A stretch of DNA of 42,935 nt. Origin: Octopus bimaculoides. Its lineage: Eukaryota. The notes beneath the pieces were generated by a model, which searched no databases, was not told the origin of the DNA, and saw nothing but the letters and a program-made list of their open reading frames with translations. Positions 34,400 to 42,935 of this stretch are shown here, piece after piece (within the stretch, counting starts at the first letter, position 1; each line of letters begins with the position of its first letter). A program made the position numbers and the translations under genes. The stretch spans positions 232,775-275,709 of the forward strand of contig NC_068985.1 in the NCBI RefSeq assembly GCF_001194135.2, read 5' to 3'.

Positions 34400-35150
34400 T
34401 GAAAAATGTGTCAGCCCCATGTGAATGTAATGAAACGAGGGGACATACACAAAACTTCATGCACCACATGCAATTCTCAGGATACAACCAGAAAGATAAG
34501 ATTCGAGTATAGAGGGGAGCCAGAAAGAAATTAGATAACATCAAATATAATGATGCCAGTGGTATCCATCTTAGATACCGAAGTAAAGACTGGAATAGTG
34601 TACAGAGGATTTGTGACAAAGTAAGCAGAGTGAACGCATAGTAAAAAGCTGATAAATATCAAGGAGTGATGTTTGTAGAGGCCACACCTGATGGGGAATT
34701 AGCCCGTAGATTTGGAAAGGCTCTGAAGGACACCAAGATCGTTGAGAAACCAAGGAGCTCCATCAGATCACAATTATGGAGGATGTACTCCTTTGAAAAT
34801 ACCATATGCATTAATAAGAACTGTGTGGTATGTAACTTTAACACCAGTATTAACTGTAAGACTAGGAATATAGTCTACAGCATAAGGTGCATAAAAGGAG
34901 TTTGTATGGACAGACACGTGGCAAACATTAGGGAGATGTCTAGGAACTAGTGGGGAGGCTAAATGACACCGGAGAGAGTATAATGACAAGAAACAGTCAT
35001 CCATACTCTATCAACATGCCAGAGACCAGCATGGGGGTACACTGGGCCAAAGTGACATCTACATTTGGTCCAAACACCCAAAGGAACCATCACTTAGACA
35101 GATACAAGTGTACATCCTCATAAATGAAATATTATCTATACAAGAATGGA
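34400..35150 (+). mobile_element. Penelope-like element C-terminus with GIY-YIG endonuclease (second PLE family)
   Basis: MFVEATPDGELARRF...KIVEK...CINKNCVVC...CKTRNIVYSIRC, then after frameshifts IREMSRN*...RLND.RREYNDKKQSSILYQHARDQHGG, corresponding to 'NIVY...YIGETSRxLxERLxxH...H'. Confidence 0.75.
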
Positions 35151-35309
35151 AATACACATAAGGAGGTAGAGATAGCTCAATGCCATGGGTACCATGCGTG
35201 CAGCATATGTATACATAAGTAGATTTATAAGCAGGCAATCAAACAGGTAGGTAGGTAGGAAGGGCTTTAGGTGGTTAGGCTGGTTATATATAGTTAATTA
35301 CTTAGTTAA

Positions 35310-35535
35310 TTATGTAGGTAGGTAAATGGGTGGAGGGATAGGCAAGTAGCTAGGAAGGTAGGTATATAGGTAGAGAGATAGATAAATAAGTAGGTAGGTA
35401 GGTAGTAAATATATAATACCAACAACGATGCACATACACACAGACACAGACACAGGAATACACACACACACACACACACACAGAAGAATACATATATATA
35501 TATATAAATATGCAAGCAAATGCACACACTGGCGT

Positions 35536-35570
<35 letters not shown>
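35310..35570. repeat. Compound microsatellite (TAGG/TAGA, AC, AT)
   Basis: Direct inspection; it explains the ORFs at 35306-35571. Confidence 0.9.
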
Positions 35571-35573
<3 letters not shown>

Positions 35574-36014
35574 CAGGCAGAGAGATATAGCGTCTCTAAT
35601 GGACTAAGAGAAAAAATCACTGAAAACATTGCAAATAGCAATGAAAGAGCTTTGACAAAAGAGGAAAAACAAACAAAAACAAAACAAATGGTCATGTGTT
35701 TAACCAAATTATACAAATAGTTGATTAGTTAGTTGGATATTTAACCAATTGACTAATAACAAGTGCGTAAGTTATTAATATTGGTGTAATGACTCTCCTT
35801 GGATACAACAAAACTTGTTTCAACACACAAATTCATATTAAGAATCTCGCAAACCAGATACAAAAAAAATTCTATTATATTTCCAAATGTCATTTTCTAT
35901 GAGCTTAATCTCATTTGATTTGATCAAGAATTGGATTAGTCAGAGGACTTAGAAATGGTCACAAAAAAGTGAATGTTGTCCTTAAGAATATTCATCCTCT
36001 GCCATAGGTGAATG

Positions 36015-36055
<41 letters not shown>

Positions 36056-36074
36056 TGTGTGTATGTGTGTGACT

Positions 36075-36300
36075 ATTTCCATGACAGGTGCAAACAAGTC
36101 TTTCTAGTTCTTTACACAAGGAATTGGTCAACAATTGGTCTTCAGTTTGTCCAGGTTTTCTCTCAGTCATTCTTTTTCCAATTCTGTTGTTGCTCCTTTT
36201 CACCCCCATGTAATCTAGGTATTTGGAGACAGTGATGGTTGACTGCTCAACCTCATTAATGTGTCTATCTAGGAACATAAGATTATCTTTAATTCTATTT
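36075..36300 (-). mobile_element. Non-LTR RT remnant (KYLG region, probably RLE type)
   Basis: INEVEQSTITVSKYLDY resembles the RT domain-7 'ExEQxxxYKYLG' motif. The sequence is heavily decayed. Confidence 0.4.
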
Positions 36301-36845
36301 GCTTGAACTGCCTGTTTGATTGTCAGGCTGGTGGGAAAGCAAGATAATCAAACTTGGTCAAGTACTTCAGCCCCTTGTTATCCTAGATACAGAATTGGCA
36401 ACCACTTGGAATTCTGCAATTATGAAATCTTACATACTTCAATAATATCTAAGTTTGTTGTAAGATTCTATAATTTTACTTCTATATCATAAATGAATAA
36501 ACTACATGTTTTCCCTTTGTGAAAATCAGTGTAACCTGCATGCTGGATAAACATTTATGAAACTAATCTTTTTGCTCCAAAACATATTTTTTTAACTTGG
36601 TGGTATTTTTAAATATGTTCTAAACATGTTCTTATATACAAAATCTGAGAAATAAATCCAACAACCTATTTTTAACACAAAGTTTAAGATATAGTGACAC
36701 AAACAGCTCTACATACATTTTTCTTGGACTCTAGACTGAAAATTTTGTTTTTTCCCATGAAACACACTCACCACAAAAACAAAACAAACAAAAATGCTAC
36801 TCTTAATAAAAACTAAAAGATGACCCATTTATAGCCTACTCTTAC

Positions 36846-36876
36846 CTACAGAAAGATTGGAATGCTCCAGGATTTG
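36846..36876 (-). other. Candidate 31-nt microexon or recursive-splice exon
   Basis: Minus strand ctcatttttgttcatacag|caaatcctggagcattccaatctttctgtag|gtaaga. Confidence 0.25.
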
Positions 36877-37244
36877 CTGTATGAACAAAAATGAGAGTAA
36901 GGTAAATGGGAGAAATAAGAGTTTGGTTAATTCCTCTGTAGTTGGGGGGGGGGGATAGGAAGCAGACAAGTTTAAGAAGATTGTATGTAAAGAATTTTAT
37001 TTAACTATTAGCTGGTAATCTATTTATTATTACTGTTAATTTGTTAATTTTTTTTTTGTTTCCTCTGATAATTATCTTCCTGGTTTTGTTTACATTTCCT
37101 CCACTATTTCACATGAATTACTGTTGATGGTGTTACCAACCTTCCCTTACTCTTTCACTTTTGAATGAAGCTGATGTAAACCAATTTTATTCACTGAATC
37201 AGTTCCTTTAAATATCAAAAAAATCTAAATTTAAATATAGACAT

Positions 37245-37505
37245 AGGTGCAAGCATGGCAGTGTGGTAAGGAGTTTGCTTTCCATTCACATGGTTCTGGG
37301 TTCAGTTCTATTGCATGGCACTTTGGGGCAAGTGTCTTTGACTATAACTCCAGATTGATCAACGTTTTGTGAGTGGATCTGGCAGTGAGAAACCCTTAAA
37401 ACTTTGCCAAAACTGGCCTTGCCTGTGCTTGTGCTACATAAAAGCACCATGTCCACTCTGCTGAGCTGTTGGTGTTAGGAAGGACATCCAGCTGTAAAAA
37501 GCCTG
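37245..37505 (+). mobile_element. SINE family 1 copy fused to an RTE-type tail
   Basis: ggtgcaagcatggcagtgtggtaaggagtttgcttt...ttctgggttcagt...gggcaagtgtctttgactata, then ggtgttaggaaggacatccagctgtaaaa. Confidence 0.75.
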
Positions 37506-39686
37506 CCAGAGATTAAGTAGCAGACTTTGGGGTCCCCTTGTTCGACTAAACCCTTCGAAGTGGTGCCCCAGCATGACCACGTTTTAAACATAAGAATAAA
37601 ACATGTTAAAGATAAACATTATTTCTTGAGTTGTGAACAGACATGAGAAACAAATGTAACAAATACTTATTTTATACTGTCAGAATACCAGACTGTAGTG
37701 AAAACTGTTTTTTATGAAACTATTGAATTCATAAGAATTATTTGAGTTGCTGTTATTCTATATCAAGATTTATTTCAAATACTAAATCAACGAATGAAAC
37801 AAATTCTTCATTATAAACAAAGTAATAAACATGACTTTAAAAAAATATTTGGAAATCAACAAACAAAATTGACAAAACAGAACATTTATTTTAGTCTGAA
37901 AACTGAAATAAATATTTAGCTTGTTCAGACATAAATATTACTCAGAAATTATATGCAGTCAGATTTTGTGATATACAATCTTTCAAATAATTGTCACAGT
38001 TTTCAGGAAGACCACAGTAATATATCTTCTTAATGACATTGTAACCAATTTCACAGGTATTCCTCATAAACTCGTGCATACACAGAGATGGCGATAAGCT
38101 TGAATATTAGTAAACTAATACTTTAAAGAGGTCTTAAACTTCCAAAAGTGTGAAGGAAGTATTCTTTATCAGTATATAAGAGGATAAAAGACAATTACTC
38201 AGTGCTGTAGAACCAATATAGAACAAGTAAATATGTACACAAAATAAAGAAATCATTATGATTTCTATACTAAACTAAGCGGAGTCTGGTCTGTTAAATG
38301 AGTTTTGTGCATTAGTGAAAGACAAAGCAAACAGCTAACCCAAATTGTTGAATAACAGATTCTAAAAACATGAGGACAGGTATAGATGTATCATATATAC
38401 CATCAATATACTGAATATAATGTCACTAACTGGTGGTAGACTATATTTGCTAAAAGTGAAAACAAGACAAATTTTGTTTCCTTGCGTTTACATCACCAAA
38501 TTCTTATCAGCTGTACATATGAAAGATGAAGTCACAAATAAATTCAGAAACTGTCCATTAGTTGAACACAGTTGCAAAATTTTATATTCATCTTTTATCA
38601 TAACAAAACTGTTTTGAGCAACTTTTGCATGCAGGAATACACTTTCAATGTTGTTGTATTTGTAATGGATGCAAGAGAGCGAATCATATGGAAAGAAATA
38701 ATCTTCATAGTTTTCATAAAAGTGAATAAAAGATTCATGTTTAGATGAAAGTTTAAAAAAACTAAGCAATCATGAATACACACACACACACACACTTGCA
38801 TTTATGAAAATAAACATATAATGTATTAGTACAGCATGTATAAATGCACATATGAAATATCTCTCTAACTATATCCATATATGTTTTTTTTCTTTCTTTT
38901 TTTTTTTTGCTATAAAGCCATAACTAGGCACATAAAAACATATATAGATTGCTAAATAAATTGGCAGAAAGGTAAATTGATTTATATGCTGACAGAAAGC
39001 TTGGATCGAGAAAATATAAGCAGCTATTAGTCTCAGGTGAGTTTTATTTTTAAATAACAATGCCTGTATAAATGTCTTACTCAAGAAAACAGTAAAAAAT
39101 AAAAAAAAGCCAAAAACAAAAAAAAAAAACCTTTAAGGGCAAAATATGAAAGTCGATAGCTCTGACAAAGCTTTCCTACTGGAAAGAAGGACCAATAATC
39201 AATATTTCTATTCTAAATTGTTCAGTGGATCAGCTGCTTCCTGTAGAGTTGCTTGGCAATGGCAAAACTAGTAAAACAACTGCTGGTCCCTTTTAAGAAA
39301 TCCATTCATAAGAAATAATGAACATGTCATCTGTGAGAATGTCTTCCACTGAATGATTAAAGTTAGGCTTTAGACCCCAACTGCAGGAATTGAACACTCG
39401 TAAATAAGAGAAGAGTTTATTAACTTCATATTGATTCCATTTCATCTTCCACGTTGATGGCACTGACTGTTTATTACACCCTCTCCTTATTTAAGATGAC
39501 AGAATTCAATAGAAAGAATTTAGCTACTATTTTAAGTGAAGTCAAGTAACCATTCTGTTGCCCTTGTTGATCTCCATGCCAGTCACACTATTTCAGTGAT
39601 AATCAGTTTACTTTCATGTATTTATATCAAGGACTACATTATTTCATGTCTCCTTCCTTTTTCAAGACAGTAAGACATATTCTCAC

Positions 39687-39750
39687 CTGTTGAAATACAG
39701 CACATTTGTGTGCCTTATGCAGTTTACAGGTGTGCCAAAGAATTCTGAGG
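39687..39750 (-). CDS. Candidate 64-nt exon
   Basis: Minus strand ttttcaaatag|cctcagaattc...tatttcaacag|gtgaga, with two open frames (SEFFGTPVNCIRHTNVLYFN or LRILWHTCKLHKAHKCAVFQQ). Confidence 0.2.
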
Positions 39751-40158
39751 CTATTTGAAAATGCATAGAGAACATCATTTTAAATACATTACATGTGTAC
39801 ATTACAACAATTATCTGTGTTTAAGATATTTTTAATGTTTGTTATTTAGGTAATCAAATTTTTAAGAAGCTAATAATATCATGTATAAAGTTTGTCTGAA
39901 AGGTTCAACTTCCAAAGATTTTATTCATATTCAATTATTAAAAAACTTTTTGAAGTTATTTTTGTCCAGTTAACAAAAAATAACAATATCAACTTTACAC
40001 GATCAGATTTAAGTCTCCTCTCTAAGTATTTATATATTTGCAGCCTTCCATTCTGATAACTACCAAATAATATACCAATTGCTTACTTAGTAAACACCAT
40101 TAAAATGTAACAACTGTCCATAACAACTGATACTTTTGGTATATAGATTCTTAAGTTG

Positions 40159-40204
40159 TGTCTATACATGTTTGTCTATACATGTTTGTCTATACATGTT
40201 TGTC
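40159..40204. repeat. 14-bp minisatellite TGTCTATACATGTT x3.3
   Basis: Three perfect tandem copies plus TGTC. Confidence 0.95.
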
Positions 40205-40536
40205 AAATTCACAAAGCATACCCATTAGATCATACACTGCTTTTTTTTGCTCTAAAATTCATATTAATTTTTCTTATAGTTCTACTCAAGCTTTTGTATT
40301 AAGATATTTTGTGAAAACAATTTTTCACAAATAAATAGTTATTGATTTCTGATATTATAAATTATTCTAGCTTCCCTGGAGTAAGAATGCTTAGTTGCTG
40401 AGCAAATATAATTTAAAACTGATATAAGATTCATCAAATAAAATACAAAAATAGTATAATATCCATGAGCATAAAACTTCAACTATCAAAGTAAACATTT
40501 AATTCTTTTTGAGAATGAGAAACAGATCTTTAGGAA

Positions 40537-40550
40537 GTTGCCATGGAAAC
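40537..40550. promoter_or_regulatory. RFX X-box motif GTTGCCATGGAAAC
   Basis: Matches the palindromic X-box consensus GTTGCCATGGCAAC at 13 of 14 positions and lies in TE-free sequence. Function is not demonstrated. Confidence 0.4.
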
Positions 40551-41094
40551 CGTTTTATACAACAGTACATTCTCCAGCCACATTCGCATCAGACATTAAA
40601 AATCCAGTTCCTTAAAAATGTACACTCCCATTTCCAGAGCAGGTTTATTGGTCATTTGTTTGTGACAGAGGTGGTGTAATTCCTTAGAAGAATGCTGAAT
40701 GTGTCCTATTGCAGATAGATATAAATATCTAGTTCCTGACACGAGCAAAGACTATCAGAAAGTTTCATAACAACATAAAGAGACCATAGCTCAGTTTACT
40801 AGACATTTTATAAAAAGAAAAGACCTTCATCATTTTGGGAGCAGTTGGGAACTGAAAAAAGGAGCTAAAGAAGTCAGGGAGAGTAAAACTTGTGGCTTCA
40901 ACAGCCATCTTCAGAAAAACTGGGCCAATAATGTGCAAAATTGTACATAGGACAGGAAGTCATTGATGTCCATTGATCACTAACACCAAGAGGCATGCCA
41001 CATGAAGAGAGAACCTTTAATTAGCTGTTGAACTATTTTAATACTGAGTTACCTCTCTCTATATTTTTATGACAGTATGCACACGCACAAATGG

Positions 41095-42248
41095 TTATCC
41101 ACGTTGGAATCTGCTTATTATAACTATAGATGAACAGATAAATCACAAACACCTTCTGAGAGATGGCCTTGCTCAATATGTAGAAAAGGTGAAGGTAGAA
41201 ACTCCATAAAGCGTACCCCATGCAAGCTGTGGAAACAAGAAATGCAGTAATGTCAGAGGAAGCTTAACAGAGAAAATAGTCTTTGTGTATGACAGGTGTG
41301 CAGGTACAGTACAGACTGGAAAGTACAGAAAACAGACTTTGTCAAATGCCCAGAGGGATCCTTATAAATGCTAGGTAGCTTCTGTTACCCAGGTGACCAA
41401 GTCAACAGTGGAGGTGGATGCTGTGAGAGCATAGTGACTAGAATAAGAATGGGATGGGCAAAGTTCAGAAAACTACTTATGCTAGTAAAATAGGGTTTCT
41501 CTCTCAGAGAGGAAGGCAGATTGTATGATGTCTGTGTACTAATAACTATGCTGAGTGGCAGTGAAACATGGGCTGTGACCACAGAGGACATGTGAAGGTG
41601 TGAAAGAAATGAAGCCAGCATGCTCTGCAGGATGTGCAATGTCAGTGTCCATGTACAACAGAGTGTAGGTGCCTTGAGAGAAACATTGGGTATAAGAGGC
41701 ATCAGATGTAGTGTGCAAGAGAGATGGCTGCACTGGTCTGGTCATGCAATGCACATGGATGAGTGCAGTTGCATAAAGAAGTGCTGATCTCTAATTGTGG
41801 AGGGAACCTGTGGAAGGGAAGACGTGGGATAATGTGGGACAAGGTGATGAAATATAATCTTTGGTTGTTAAGCCTTACAGAGGCAATGACAAGTGACCAA
41901 AACTTCTGGCAATTTCTTGTGCTCGAGAAACATGTCAAATTGAGTGAAACCATGGCCAGTGCTGGTGACATGTAAAAGGCATTCATGCCAGTGACACATA
42001 AAAGGCACTTGTGCCAGTGGCATCTAAACGGTATCTCTGTTGGAGACATGTAAAAAGGCACTCATGCTGGTGACAGATGAAAGACATCCAGTACACTCTG
42101 TAAAATTGCTGGTATTAGGAAGGGCATCCAGCCATAAAAACCAAAAACAAAACAGATGACTGGAGCATGCTCTCTGGGTTACCAGTTCCAGTCAAAACAT
42201 CTAACCGATGCCAGCATAGAAAATGAAGGTTAAATGATGATGATGATG
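41095..42248 (+). mobile_element. RTE LINE 3' portion (decayed PHD, RT C-terminus, 3' UTR, (GAT)n tail)
   Basis: SERWPCSICRKGEGRNSI...CKLW...GSFCYPGD...SETWAVTTEDM...LGIRGIRCSVQERWLHWSGH; ends ttaaatgatgatgatgatg. Confidence 0.88.
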
Positions 42249-42770
42249 CTATTAGCTGTTATTGCAACTAAAATATGTACAAATGTGTACATGGTGAAGA
42301 AAAATGCACTCATATTTTATCAGTGGAAATGCAATCGAAATGTATTGCTGAGCATTTACCTGAGATTATTTACCATAGAGATTAAAAAAAAAAGGGTTTT
42401 ATATAATACTTGAGCATAATTATTTGTTTAAAAATAAAAATATCAAAGGATATAAATCTTAACAAGCCCGAGAGACAGTTTTATGGTAAGCAATAATGAA
42501 GAGACAAAAATTAAGGCTTCCAGTTAATGGAGGGAAATATGTCCTGTTATTACAATTTTAATACAAATGTCTGCATAAACACAGCAATCTTTTAACAACG
42601 AGTTATATAAGTTAGATTTCGAATTGAAGTGGAAAATATTTGTATTAGTTGACAATTGCATGGCACATAAAAATAATTGATCATTAAAGAACAACAGGGG
42701 ACTTAACTTGCCTATAAACATCGTTAATTCAGTCATGATATATATATATATATGTGTGTGTGTATGTGTG

Positions 42771-42804
<34 letters not shown>

Positions 42805-42808
42805 CATA

Positions 42809-42900
42809 TCATCATCATCATCGTTTAACGTCTGCTTTCCATGCTAGCATGGGTTGGACGATTTGACTGAGGACTGGTGAACCAGATGGCTACACCAGGT
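42809..42900 (-). mobile_element. (GAT)n-tailed retroelement tail, apparently young
   Basis: atcatcatcatcgtttaacgtctgctttccatgctagcatgggttggacgatttgactgaggactgg is nearly the exact reverse complement of 11480-11570. Confidence 0.85.
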
Positions 42901-42935
42901 TCCACTCTGATGATGATGATACACATATATATATA

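Noticed and set aside
39687-39750. SEFFGTPVNC resembling the innexin 'YxGxPIxC' motif
   Set aside because: The following residues do not fit innexin and no other innexin exons were found. It is kept only as an anonymous exon candidate.

Overview
This is AT-rich, microsatellite-dense eukaryotic DNA with three N-gaps. The repeat families resemble those I recall from coleoid cephalopods (Octopus); this assignment is inference and was not checked against a database. There is no intact protein-coding ORF and no evidence of prokaryotic features such as CRISPR arrays, operons or rRNA. Most recognisable sequence is decayed mobile DNA: RTE-type LINEs with (GAT)n tails, three Penelope-like fragments (one RT, two GIY-YIG), three restriction-like-endonuclease (RLE) non-LTR remnants, a Ty3/Gypsy integrase fragment, a mariner transposase remnant, a mariner-derived MITE family, and two SINE families. 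Most ORFs in the supplied track are artefacts of microsatellites, N-runs or TE antisense frames. The less TE-rich stretches (about 25.2-32.5 kb and 36.3-41.0 kb) hold several small candidate exons on both strands that I could not join into a recognisable protein. The best leads are a ~460 bp near-perfect palindrome (9435-9896), a C4HC3 PHD finger embedded inside RTE reverse transcriptase, an RTE nested in a MITE, complementary internal deletions in two neighbouring RTE copies, a ~65-codon low-complexity insertion in a GIY-YIG loop, minus-strand AG|GTRAG sites that may be microexons or recursive splice points, and a consensus RFX X-box. I found no convincing new biological system. TE boundaries are approximate.
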